DNA from: Kiloniellaceae bacterium
Lineage (GTDB): Bacteria; Pseudomonadota; Alphaproteobacteria; Kiloniellales; Kiloniellaceae
Length of the DNA stretch: 64,000 nucleotides
Assembly (NCBI GenBank): GCA_036570545.1
Contig: DATCXZ010000054.1
Coordinates: forward strand, 1,558 to 65,557
Reading direction: 5' to 3'
Under the pieces are notes generated by a model, which worked only from the letters and a program-made list of their open reading frames with translations, had not been told where the DNA came from and did not search any database. Position numbers and translations under genes: made by a program. Below, in pieces: positions 46,228-55,276 of this stretch; within the stretch, counting starts at the first letter, position 1, and each line of letters starts with the position of its first letter.

Positions 46228-47484
46228 TTATACTCCTATATTGCGCACCGCCCCTGGCCTCCCTGTCTCCTCCGGGATCCGCCGTCCGAGGATGCTCCTG
46301 AACAGGGCGATCTGGCCGCGGGTGGTAGCTTCCCAGGTGAAGCGCAGCGCGTGGCGCCGCGTCGCCTCGCGCGGCACCGGCACCGCGAGAACCTGCCGGA
46401 TCGCCTGCGCCAGGCAGCCGGCGCTGCGCTCGGCGATCCAGGCGCCGGCGGCCGGCACGTTCACCACCTCGGCAACGTCCGAAACCCGGGTCGTCACGAC
46501 CCTGGCGCCACAGGCCATCGCCTCCAGCAGCACGTTCGGCCAGCCCTCGCGTTCGGACGCCAGCACCAGCAGATCGGCGGCGCTGTAGACCGAGGCCATG
46601 CGCTCGTGCGGCACGACGCCGAGGAAGCGGACGCGGTCGGCGACGCCCATCTCGCCCGCCAGCCGCTCCAGGCGCCCGCGCTCGGGACCGCCGCCGACGA
46701 TCCACAGCGTCAGCCCAGGCAGCTCGGCAAGGGCGGCTATGACCAGATCGTGCCCCTTGAGCGGCACCAGGTTGCCGACCGAGACCGCCAGCGGGCGCGG
46801 CGGCGGCACTCCTCCGCTCCCCTCGGAATCGCTTCCGGAAGCCTCCACCGGCCGGAAAACCGCGGGGTCGACGCCGTTGCGCAGCACCGTGATCCGGCCG
46901 CGCTCGATGCCGAGGCCCGCCAGCTTGTCCGCCAGGGCGCTGCTCACCGTGATGACACCGTCCGCCGCCTCGGCCGCCCAGCGGATCAGCCGCCGCGGCA
47001 CGGCAAACTGGGCAATGAGGTTGATGTCGCTGCCGCGCGCAGTGACGGTGACCGGCAGCCCGAAGCGCCGCCCCAGCATCACGGCAGCAACGCCGTCGGG
47101 ATAGAAATAGTGGGCATCGATGAGGCCGATGCGCTCGCCACCCTGCAGAAGCCGGCGGAGCGCAGGTCGGGCGCCGGCATAAAGCAGGTAAGGCGCGAGA
47201 CTCATGCCGCATTTGGGGATCGCGAGGTAGCGCGGGTGGTCGACCTCGATCCCGAAGCGGACCTCGCGGCGCGGCACCCTGGCAAGGGTCCCGTAGGCGC
47301 CGAAGCGCTGCGCCTGGAACGGGAAGTAGGGCACCGGTGCCAGGACCCGCGCCGTCACCTCGCCCGATCCCACCAGATGGCGCAGGCGGTTCTCGACGAA
47401 GACGCTGTACTGCGGCCTTGCCGCATCGGGATAGAGGGTGGAGAAGGTGAGGATGCGCGGTCGCCCGATGTCAAAGGGACGCAT
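46228..47484 (-). CDS. GT4-family glycosyltransferase
   Basis: ILTFSTLYP, DAHYFYPDG, TARGSDIN, EGWPNVLLEAMACG. Confidence 0.9.
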   Translation of the reverse strand: MRPFDIGRPRILTFSTLYPDAARPQYSVFVENRLRHLVGSGEVTARVLAPVPYFPFQAQRFGAYGTLARVPRREVRFGIEVDHPRYLAIPKCGMSLAPYLLYAGARPALRRLLQGGERIGLIDAHYFYPDGVAAVMLGRRFGLPVTVTARGSDINLIAQFAVPRRLIRWAAEAADGVITVSSALADKLAGLGIERGRITVLRNGVDPAVFRPVEASGSDSEGSGGVPPPRPLAVSVGNLVPLKGHDLVIAALAELPGLTLWIVGGGPERGRLERLAGEMGVADRVRFLGVVPHERMASVYSAADLLVLASEREGWPNVLLEAMACGARVVTTRVSDVAEVVNVPAAGAWIAERSAGCLAQAIRQVLAVPVPREATRRHALRFTWEATTRGQIALFRSILGRRIPEETGRPGAVRNIGV

Positions 47485-48658
47485 TGCCTGCCGCGCCTCC
47501 CCTCGCACCAAGCAAGGCCCTGTAGGCGGCGATCATCGCCTCGAGGCTGTACTCGGCCTTCACGCGTTCCTGGTTGAGACGGCCGAGCACCTGGCGCCGC
47601 GGCGCATCGCCCGCAAGGGCCGCCAGCGCCTCCGCCATCGCACCCGGCCGGTCGCGCGGCACCACCAGGGGTCGGTTCTCCGGCGCCACGATGCGGGACA
47701 GGTCGCCGACGTCCACGGCGGCGACCGGACGCGCCGCCGCCATGGCCTGCAGCAGGCTGTTGGGCATCTGCTCCGTGTCGGAAGACAGGGCGAAGATGTC
47801 GAGGGCGCGCAGCACGGCCGGAACATCCTCGACGTGGCCCAGAAAGCGAGTGCGCTCGGCAATTCCGAGTTGCGCCGCCAGGCGGCGCAGTTCGGCGCCC
47901 TCTACGCCGTCGCCGGCGACCACCAAAACGCATTCAGGCCGCTCGGGCAGGGCCGCAAAGGCGTGCAGCAGCCGGCCAACGTTCTTTTCCGGGCGCAGTG
48001 GTGCCACGGTGCCGATGACGACCGCTGCGGGATCGATGTCGCAGCCCGCAAGGGGGCTGCGCTTGCCCGCCTCGCCGCCGTAGCGGCGCAGATCGACGCC
48101 GTTGGCGATGCGAAGCAGCTTCTCCGGTGGAACCGACCACTTGCCTGCCGCGATCGCCATGAGCGTGAAGGATGGCACCACGACCTTCTGGGTCCGGCCG
48201 AGCGCGATGCGGCGGAAAAGGTTGCGGCGCCGGAGCTGGCCGCTTCCTTCCTCCACGCCGAACCCGCTCTCGAAATGGATGTGCTCGCAGCAGGCCAGCA
48301 GCCGGTTCGCCAGCGCCGGCTCTATGGCGCCCCAGTTGTAGGTCAGCAGCAAATCCGGGGCGGCATCGCGCAGCAGATCCCTCACCATTCCCATACCGCG
48401 CAGGAGATTGTAGCGCGGCAGGCTGAGCGGACGGAGCGTCACCGCCGCCTCGGGAGCGAGGCGCCGGGCGGCATCGAAGCGGCCGTCAAGGGCCACCACG
48501 GTGTGGCGGAACGCACCGCCCAGCCCATTGATCACATCGCAGATTCGGATCGGCACGCCGCCGTAGCCAAAGCTGGCGAAGATGTGCAGCAGGTGCCGGG
48601 CGGCCGCCTCCTGCTGTGCCGGCGCCCTGACCCGGCTCTCCGCCAGCACGGCGCCCAC
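47471..48658 (-). CDS. GT4-family glycosyltransferase (XrtA-associated type)
   Basis: TYNWGAIE, IANGVD, LRPEKNV, SDTEQMPNSLLQAMAA. Confidence 0.88.
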   Translation of the reverse strand: MGAVLAESRVRAPAQQEAAARHLLHIFASFGYGGVPIRICDVINGLGGAFRHTVVALDGRFDAARRLAPEAAVTLRPLSLPRYNLLRGMGMVRDLLRDAAPDLLLTYNWGAIEPALANRLLACCEHIHFESGFGVEEGSGQLRRRNLFRRIALGRTQKVVVPSFTLMAIAAGKWSVPPEKLLRIANGVDLRRYGGEAGKRSPLAGCDIDPAAVVIGTVAPLRPEKNVGRLLHAFAALPERPECVLVVAGDGVEGAELRRLAAQLGIAERTRFLGHVEDVPAVLRALDIFALSSDTEQMPNSLLQAMAAARPVAAVDVGDLSRIVAPENRPLVVPRDRPGAMAEALAALAGDAPRRQVLGRLNQERVKAEYSLEAMIAAYRALLGARGGAAGNASL

Positions 48659-48664
48659 GCCGCC

Positions 48665-50041
48665 CTACCGGGCCCCTGCGGGCCACAGGATGACACGGAC
48701 CGTCTGGATGACGATGAAGAGGTCCAGCAGCAAGCTGAAGTGGCGCACGTAATAGAGGTCGTACTGCAGCTTCGTCAGACCGCCGTCGATCGAGTCGCTG
48801 TAGATGTAGTGGAGCTGCGCCCAGCCGGTGATGCCGGGCTTCACACGATGCCGCTCGTTATAATAGCTGACGCGCTCGGATAGCTGCTCGACGAATTCCG
48901 GGCGCTCCGGGCGCGGCCCGACGAAACTCATCTCGCCCTTGATGACGTTGATGATCTGCGGCAGCTCATCGATTCGGAACTTGCGGATGATGCGACCGAC
49001 ATCGGTGATCCTGGGATCGTTGCGCGCCGCCCACACCGGCCCGTCGGTTTCCGCATCGACCGCCATGCTACGGAACTTGATGATGTCGAAGGCGCGACTG
49101 TTCAGGCCAACGCGCTTCTGGCGGTAAAATACCGGCCCCGGCGTCTCGACCCTGATGGCCAGGGCGGTTGCTCCGAGCAACGGCAGCGTCACAATGACGA
49201 GAACGATGCTGAGGGTCACATCGAGCCAGCGCTTCACGCTTTGCTGCAGCACGCCGCCGCTGAAACCCTCCGCAAAGATGAACCAGCTCGGCCGCAGCGC
49301 ATTCAGGTCGCAGCGCCCCGTTTCCCGCTCCATGAACGTCATGAAGTCGTAAATCGGAATGCCCGAAAGCTTGCAGTCCATGAGCTCGGCCGTCGGCAGC
49401 ATGCCGCGGCGTTCCTGGACGGCGACCACGATCTCGCTCACATCCTGCTTCAGGCAGAGCGCCAGCAGGCTATCCGCCGGCTTGATGATGCGCGACGGCG
49501 TCACATGCATCGAGTTCCGCTCGACGTCGAGAAAGCCGACACACTTCAGGCCACAGCTATCGTGGGACCTTTCGAGCTCCTCGATCTCCGCGGCGTGCTC
49601 ACCCGTGCCGAGGACCAGCACCCGGCGCGCGATGAGATCGCTGTCGACCAGCCTGAGGAAGGAAAAGCGCAGTAAAAATGCGCCCGCCAGGGAGGCCGGC
49701 AGGCCGACGAAAACGGCGTCGCGCCAGACGGCGAGCGACGGCCAAAGATAGAACAGCACCGAGAGCACAACGAAGGCGAGGCCGAAGCCGAGAATGGTTC
49801 GGATGAAGACGTCGCGAAAGCGTGTGGAGTTGCGCCCGTGATAGAGGCCCATCGCGAACAGCGAACCGGCACAGGCTATTGCGAAGATTACACCGTCCCA
49901 AAGGTAGTAGTTGAGCTGCTCCGGCGTGCCCCACCGGATCAAGGCGGCGAGATAGAACGCGGCGAAGAACACCGTCGCTTCGCCGATCAGCAGGAATGCG
50001 AACGGCCGTGCAAAATAGTTCTGCGGTAGTCTGAGAAACAT
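48665..50041 (-). CDS. XrtA/PEP-CTERM priming sugar transferase (TIGR03013-like)
   Basis: N-terminal TMs, KRWLD, IIKFRSM, RIDELPQ, GPRPERP, KPGITGWAQ, KLQYDLYY. Confidence 0.93.
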   Translation of the reverse strand: MFLRLPQNYFARPFAFLLIGEATVFFAAFYLAALIRWGTPEQLNYYLWDGVIFAIACAGSLFAMGLYHGRNSTRFRDVFIRTILGFGLAFVVLSVLFYLWPSLAVWRDAVFVGLPASLAGAFLLRFSFLRLVDSDLIARRVLVLGTGEHAAEIEELERSHDSCGLKCVGFLDVERNSMHVTPSRIIKPADSLLALCLKQDVSEIVVAVQERRGMLPTAELMDCKLSGIPIYDFMTFMERETGRCDLNALRPSWFIFAEGFSGGVLQQSVKRWLDVTLSIVLVIVTLPLLGATALAIRVETPGPVFYRQKRVGLNSRAFDIIKFRSMAVDAETDGPVWAARNDPRITDVGRIIRKFRIDELPQIINVIKGEMSFVGPRPERPEFVEQLSERVSYYNERHRVKPGITGWAQLHYIYSDSIDGGLTKLQYDLYYVRHFSLLLDLFIVIQTVRVILWPAGAR

Positions 50042-50190
50042 CTGCCTTCAGCCAGGACCAACCGCCAAGCGGTCGTGCAGTCGCACCATTATCAAAGCGC
50101 GCTGCTGGTAAATTGCGCGAAGCTATCATAATGGTCTCCGCGAAGATGCCGCCGAGACCTCCACCATCTTACAGAATGAGTCGGCGGAGA

Positions 50191-51222
50191 CTACGGCCAC
50201 GAAGGATGCGGCGGCGTCGCGTCCGCGCCGCGCGCACCTGCCGCGCAGGTGCGCTCCCATGCCAGTGCCGTTCGAAGGATCTCGTCGAGGCTGTCGTGCG
50301 CAGGCTTCCAGTCGAAAGCTGCACGGAGGCGCGAGACGTCCGAGATGACAGCGCGCACGTCGCCCGGCCGCCGCGGCGCGATGCGCACCGGAAATGTGGT
50401 GCCGGCTGCGCGCTGCATCGCCTCGATCACCTCGCGCACGGAATAGCCGTGGCCGTAGCCGCAATTCAGCGTCAGGCTTTCCCGCCCGCTACCGAGATGG
50501 TCGAGCGCGCTGACGTGGGCCTGCGCAAGGTCGCTGACGTGAATGAAATCGCGAACACAGGTGCCATCCGGCGTATCATAGTCGTCTCCGAAGATCTCCA
50601 TTCCCGGCCGCTGTCCGGTCGCCGCCTCGCAGGCTACCTTGATGAGGTGGGTCGCGTCGGGGGTGACCTGCCCGGTCCGGCCGAGCGGGTCGGCGCCGGC
50701 CACGTTGAAGTATCTCAAGATGACGTGGCGAAGGCCGTGCGCGCGGTCGACGTCGCGCAGCATCCATTCGACCATCAGTTTGGAGGCGCCATAGGGACTG
50801 GCCGGCCGCGTCGGTGCCGCCTCGCCCACCGGGACCTCATCCGGCTCGCCGTATACCGCCGCCGTCGACGAGAACACGAAGCGGGTGATGCCCTGGTCCA
50901 CGCAGGACTGCAGCAGCGAGCGGGTCTTGCAGGTGTTGGTCAGATAATAGGTGAGCGGCGCCGCCATGGACTCAGGCACCACGATCGCGCCGGCGAAATG
51001 CATCACCGCCCCGACGCGATGACGCGAGAAGATGTGGGCGAGCAGCTTGGAATCCCCGACGTCGCCCTCATAGAACGGTACTTCCGCCGGAACGAGGCGG
51101 CGCGCGCCCTTCGACAGATCGTCCAACACAACTAAGGGGTAGCCCGCCGCCCGGCAGGCCCAGGCCGCATGACTGCCGATGTAGCCGGCGCCGCCGGTAA
51201 TGAGAACCGCGTCTTTTGTCAT
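50191..51222 (-). CDS. galE: UDP-glucose 4-epimerase
   Basis: TGGAGYIGSH, FSSTAAVYG, YGASK, LRYFNVAGA, DGTCVRDFIHV. Confidence 0.95.
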   Translation of the reverse strand: MTKDAVLITGGAGYIGSHAAWACRAAGYPLVVLDDLSKGARRLVPAEVPFYEGDVGDSKLLAHIFSRHRVGAVMHFAGAIVVPESMAAPLTYYLTNTCKTRSLLQSCVDQGITRFVFSSTAAVYGEPDEVPVGEAAPTRPASPYGASKLMVEWMLRDVDRAHGLRHVILRYFNVAGADPLGRTGQVTPDATHLIKVACEAATGQRPGMEIFGDDYDTPDGTCVRDFIHVSDLAQAHVSALDHLGSGRESLTLNCGYGHGYSVREVIEAMQRAAGTTFPVRIAPRRPGDVRAVISDVSRLRAAFDWKPAHDSLDEILRTALAWERTCAAGARGADATPPHPSWP

Positions 51223-51678
51223 AATCGCTCCGCGCCAATGATCATTGTCATGCTTGAGAAATGCGGGAGGCGCCAGAGGGGGCGGCGGAACGGCCGATCA
51301 CGGTGCGACCGGGTCGGCCATTCCCGGCATTTCCGGGTACCGCGCGGCGGCTGCCCCACCGCCGAATTTGCTTTGGAATCCCCGTGCGACCCCGCTTCCG
51401 CTGGAACCTTTGCGCACTTGCCTGGGTGCTTAATACAACCGTACGGTAAGTTGACAGCTATCAACGGCAGGAATAGCATCTTAATTGGGAAGACGCTGAA
51501 CTACAGCGCTATTTAAGAACTCAGACATCTGTCGCTAACGATACTTTAGCATGGTTAATGGAGGCCTCTTTAGAGGGCCCTACCCATTGCATTTTTATAA
51601 GTATCGAGATCCGGGCGGCTTTTGTCCTGTGCAAGAAGATCCGTGCTTCGTCAAGAAGCCAGTCCGGGAGACGTTGTG

Positions 51679-51819
51679 ATGTCGATCAGCGAGATTTACC
51701 GCACTGCGAGCATTACTCCCCGCTCCGTGCGGCGTATTCGATCTTTCCTGGCACTCTCAACCCTGGTGTTCGGTTCCTTCTCCGGCTACTGGGTGCTGAT
51801 CGAGTATGTGCTGCCTTAG
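51679..51819 (+). CDS. Putative 46-aa small membrane protein
   Basis: GGGAG RBS 8 nt before ATG; basic stretch followed by hydrophobic FLALSTLVFGSFSGYWVLIEYVLP. Confidence 0.4.
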   Translation: MSISEIYRTASITPRSVRRIRSFLALSTLVFGSFSGYWVLIEYVLP

Positions 51820-51917
51820 CAATCGATGGTGTCGGCGCCAATCATGATCGGTGGCCGTTATGATTGCGGTGCCACCTAGGAACGCTGCGCTGGAAGGTCG
51901 ACGGGGGAGACCGCAAA

Positions 51918-52547
51918 ATGCCTAGAACAGTTCTGCACACCTTCATTCTGGCGCTTCTCGCTCTGTCGGGCGCCTTTGGTCTCAGCGCTTGCTCGACCAA
52001 GCCCGAGGTGCCGGCGGCGCAGGCGGCGGTACCGGCACTACCGCCGCTCTACCAGGTCGGAGCCGGCGACTCGCTCACCATCTTCGTCTGGCGCAATGCC
52101 GAGCTGACAACGACGGTGGTGGTGCGGCCGGACGGGCGCATTTCCGTCCCGCTGATTGAGGATCTCTATGTGGAGGGAAAGAATCCCAGCGATCTGTCGC
52201 GGGAGATCGAGACCGAGCTCGCCGTCTACATCCAGGATCCCCTCGTCACCGTCATGGTCGGCGGCTTCGTCGGCACCTTTCCGCAACAGGTGCGGATCGT
52301 CGGCGAAGCCTCGGTTCCGCAGGCGATACCCTACCGTGCCAACATGACGGTGCTCGACGTCATTATTGCGACCGGCGGGCTGACGGAGTTCGCCGACGGC
52401 AACAACACGACACTGGTGCGGCTCGACAACGGCGATCCCCAGGAATACCGCGTCAGGCTCGATGACCTTCTGGAGGACGGCGACATCTCCGCCAATGTCG
52501 CGCTGTTGCCTGGCGACATCCTGATCGTTCCGGAGACGTTCTTCTGA
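51918..52547 (+). CDS. XrtA/PEP-CTERM exopolysaccharide export lipoprotein (Wza-like, TIGR03027-like)
   Basis: Lipobox LSAC, YQVGAGD, VRPDGRISVPL, SLBB region, PGDILIVPETFF. Confidence 0.92.
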   Translation: MPRTVLHTFILALLALSGAFGLSACSTKPEVPAAQAAVPALPPLYQVGAGDSLTIFVWRNAELTTTVVVRPDGRISVPLIEDLYVEGKNPSDLSREIETELAVYIQDPLVTVMVGGFVGTFPQQVRIVGEASVPQAIPYRANMTVLDVIIATGGLTEFADGNNTTLVRLDNGDPQEYRVRLDDLLEDGDISANVALLPGDILIVPETFF

Positions 52548-52568
52548 ACGTGAGACTTCTGAACGTGA
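52541..52568. repeat. 13-bp direct repeat (CTTCTGAACGTGA x2) across the export-gene stop codon
   Basis: Copies at 52541-52553 and 52556-52568. Confidence 0.8.
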
Positions 52569-52697
52569 AGCCTGGGCTCGCTCCATGAGGTCCGGAGGAC
52601 GCCGTTCCTCCTGGAAGGTCGCGCAGACGCAACAGCGCCCATCGCAGGCTTGCGAGGTGCGTGCGCGGCAACGGCGCAGGAAGGATTGAGACTGCTG

Positions 52698-53816
52698 ATG
52701 GCAGGCTCACGGAAAATCCATCCGGTTCTCCTCGCGGGAGGCAGCGGCGTGCGCCTGTGGCCGGTGTCGACGCCCCGCCACCCCAAGCCCTTTGTGCGCC
52801 TGGCCGGGACCAAGACGCTGCTGCAGGTGACGGCGGAGCGTGTCACAGACCCCTCCCGCTTCACGCCTCCCCTGGTGGTCTGCAACAAAACGCACCGCTT
52901 TCTGGTGGCTGAGCAGCTCCAGCAGATCGGCATCCGGCCGCAGCGAATCGTGCTCGAGCCGTCTCCGCGCAACACCGCCCCGGCCGCCTGCACGGCCGCT
53001 CTCGTGCTTGCGGAGAACCGCGCCGATGCTCTGCTTATGCTCGCCCCTTCGGATCATCTGGTGCGGGATGTCCCGGGCTTCCTGACGGCGGTGGATCGCG
53101 GCGCCGAGGCAGCCGCGCGCGGCCGGATCGTGACTTTCGGCGCCAATCCCGACAGGGCGGAAACCGGCTACGGCTACGTGGAGCGCGGCGAAGCCATTGA
53201 CGGCGGCGCCGGCAGCTTCTGCCTCAAGCGCTTCGTCGAGAAGCCCGACCGCGCCACGGCGGAGTCCTACCTGGCGAGCGGACGCTACCTCTGGAACAGC
53301 GGAATGTTCCTGATGTCCGCAGAACGCCTGCTCTCCGAGATGGAGAGCTGCGCGCCCGCGGTGCTGGCGGCCTGCCGCGAGGCCTTGGCCGCCGCGACGG
53401 TCGACGAGGATTTCCTCCGTCTCCAGGAGAGCGCCTTCGCCCGACAGCCGAGCGTCTCCTTCGACATCGCCGTCATGGAGCGCACGGGCCACGGCGCCGT
53501 CGTGCCGATCGACATCGGCTGGTCCGATGTCGGCTGCTGGGATGCGCTCTACCAGGCCGCCGACAAGGACGACCGCGGCAACGTCCTCAACGGCGAAGTT
53601 CTGGCGGTCGACTGCGACAACAGCTATCTGCAGAGCGCGATCCTGCCGATCGCCGCCCTCGGCCTGGAGGGCATAGCAGTGGTCGGCACCGCCGATGCCC
53701 TGCTGATCTGTCCGCGCGCGCGCTCCCAGGACATGGGAATCGTGGTGGACCGTCTGGCCGGCGACCCACGCTTTGCCCCACTCGTCCGGCACATGGCCGA
53801 CGAGAGCGTCGAATAA
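52698..53816 (+). CDS. Mannose-1-phosphate guanylyltransferase (ManC GMP domain only)
   Basis: VLLAGGSGVRLWP, LEPSPRNTAPA, PSDH, ETGYGY, FVEKP, WNSGMF, GWSDVG. No C-terminal cupin. Confidence 0.9.
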   Translation: MAGSRKIHPVLLAGGSGVRLWPVSTPRHPKPFVRLAGTKTLLQVTAERVTDPSRFTPPLVVCNKTHRFLVAEQLQQIGIRPQRIVLEPSPRNTAPAACTAALVLAENRADALLMLAPSDHLVRDVPGFLTAVDRGAEAAARGRIVTFGANPDRAETGYGYVERGEAIDGGAGSFCLKRFVEKPDRATAESYLASGRYLWNSGMFLMSAERLLSEMESCAPAVLAACREALAAATVDEDFLRLQESAFARQPSVSFDIAVMERTGHGAVVPIDIGWSDVGCWDALYQAADKDDRGNVLNGEVLAVDCDNSYLQSAILPIAALGLEGIAVVGTADALLICPRARSQDMGIVVDRLAGDPRFAPLVRHMADESVE

Positions 53817-53837
53817 GAGCGGCAGGACGAGGGCGAG

Positions 53838-54722
53838 GTGCCGCACGAGATTCAGACAGCCGGGTTGTCCCGCTATCAGCGCCCGCTGGCGCGAGCGGCG
53901 TCCGCGGCCAGCCGGCGGGCGCGTGCCCTTGCTGCTATGCGCCGCTGGCTGGAGCAAGGCCTCTATAGCCTCTATGAGCGCCACCTGCTGGGCCAGCTCC
54001 ACGACGGCGAGCTGCCCCGGCATGTCGGCATCATCCTCGACGGCAACCGGCGGTTCGGAAGACGCCGGCAAATCGCCGATCCCCACGAGCTCTACTCGAT
54101 GGGGGCAGCCAAGCTCGACCACGTCCTGAACTGGTGCACCGCCCTTGGCATCCCAGCGGTGACGCTCTGGGTATGCTCGACCAAGAACCTGCAGCGGTCG
54201 GCGCAGGAAGTTTCGGGAATACTCGCCGCCATCCAGGACAAGCTCGCCGACCTGGCGACCGATCCCCTGGTGCACCAGCGCCAGGTGCGCGTCCGCGCCG
54301 CCGGCCGCCTCAACCTCCTGCCAGCCTCCCTGCGCGCGACGATCGAGGCCGCCGAGGAGGCGACGAAGGGTCATGATGCCCTGGTGCTGACCATCGCCGT
54401 CGCCTACGACGGCCGCGAGGAGCTGGTCGACGCCCTGCGCTCGATCCTGCGGTCGACGCTGAGCGAGACGGAGGATCCCGGCGCAGCGATCGACGAGATC
54501 TCGGCGGACACCGTTGCCCGGCACCTCTATGTGCCGGAGCTTCCCGATCCGGATCTTATCATTCGCACCAGCGGGGAGCTGCGGCTGTCCGGCTTCCTAC
54601 TGTGGCAAAGCGCCTACAGTGAATTTTATTTTACGGAGATCGACTGGCCGGATTTTCGCAAGATCGACTTCCTGCGCGCCGTGCGGGCCTATCAGAATCG
54701 CAAGCGGCGCTTCGGCCGCTGA
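53838..54722 (+). CDS. cis-Isoprenyl diphosphate synthase (UppS superfamily, Rv1086-like motifs)
   Basis: HVGIILDGNRR, STKNLQR, YDGREE, DPDLIIRTSGELRLSGFLLWQSAYSE, RRFGR. Confidence 0.9.
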   Translation: MPHEIQTAGLSRYQRPLARAASAASRRARALAAMRRWLEQGLYSLYERHLLGQLHDGELPRHVGIILDGNRRFGRRRQIADPHELYSMGAAKLDHVLNWCTALGIPAVTLWVCSTKNLQRSAQEVSGILAAIQDKLADLATDPLVHQRQVRVRAAGRLNLLPASLRATIEAAEEATKGHDALVLTIAVAYDGREELVDALRSILRSTLSETEDPGAAIDEISADTVARHLYVPELPDPDLIIRTSGELRLSGFLLWQSAYSEFYFTEIDWPDFRKIDFLRAVRAYQNRKRRFGR

Positions 54723-54864
54723 GAAGAAGAGGCCCCATTCGAGAGCTACCCATCTTCGCAGAAAGTCAGCCCTTTATGCCTTTGACCTGCCCTTCTGTTT
54801 AGGTCCAGCATGAATCCGGCGCGAGATCGAAGCGGCATGCATCAACGCCGAAGGGAAGCGGATT

Positions 54865-55251
54865 ATGGACGCCCTGGCCAAGACCACAACCGCCGTTCGC
54901 TATGATATCGGAGATCACGAGGACCGCCCGTGGGGTGCCTGGCGCGTCGTAGACGCCGCGGCCAGCTTCATCACCAAGCGCGTCGAGGTGAAGCCGGGGC
55001 ACCGGCTGTCGCTGCAGTTCCACCGCCATCGCTCGGAGCACTGGGTGATCGTCGCCGGCAATGGCGAGGCCACCGTCGACGAAACCATCGCGCAGCTCAA
55101 GCCCGGCGACCATGTAATCATTCCCTGCGGCGCCAAGCACCGCATCCGCAACACAGGCGGCGAGTTGCTGGTCTTCGTCGAGGTTCAGTTTGGCGAAATC
55201 CTGGACGAAAGCGACATCACGCGGCTGGATGACGACTACGCCCGCTGCTGA
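54865..55251 (+). CDS. Phosphomannose isomerase type II C-terminal cupin (stand-alone)
   Basis: RPWG, KRVEVKPGHRLSLQFHRHRSEHW, FVEVQFG..L.ESDI.RLDDDY.R. Confidence 0.9.
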   Translation: MDALAKTTTAVRYDIGDHEDRPWGAWRVVDAAASFITKRVEVKPGHRLSLQFHRHRSEHWVIVAGNGEATVDETIAQLKPGDHVIIPCGAKHRIRNTGGELLVFVEVQFGEILDESDITRLDDDYARC

Positions 55252-55276
55252 ATTCAGAAACCTGCGGCAGTCGGCG

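Noticed and set aside
51849-51870. Sigma54-like TGGCCGTTATGATTGC upstream of the export gene
   Set aside because: GG-to-GC spacing is one base too long; RpoN spacing is strict.
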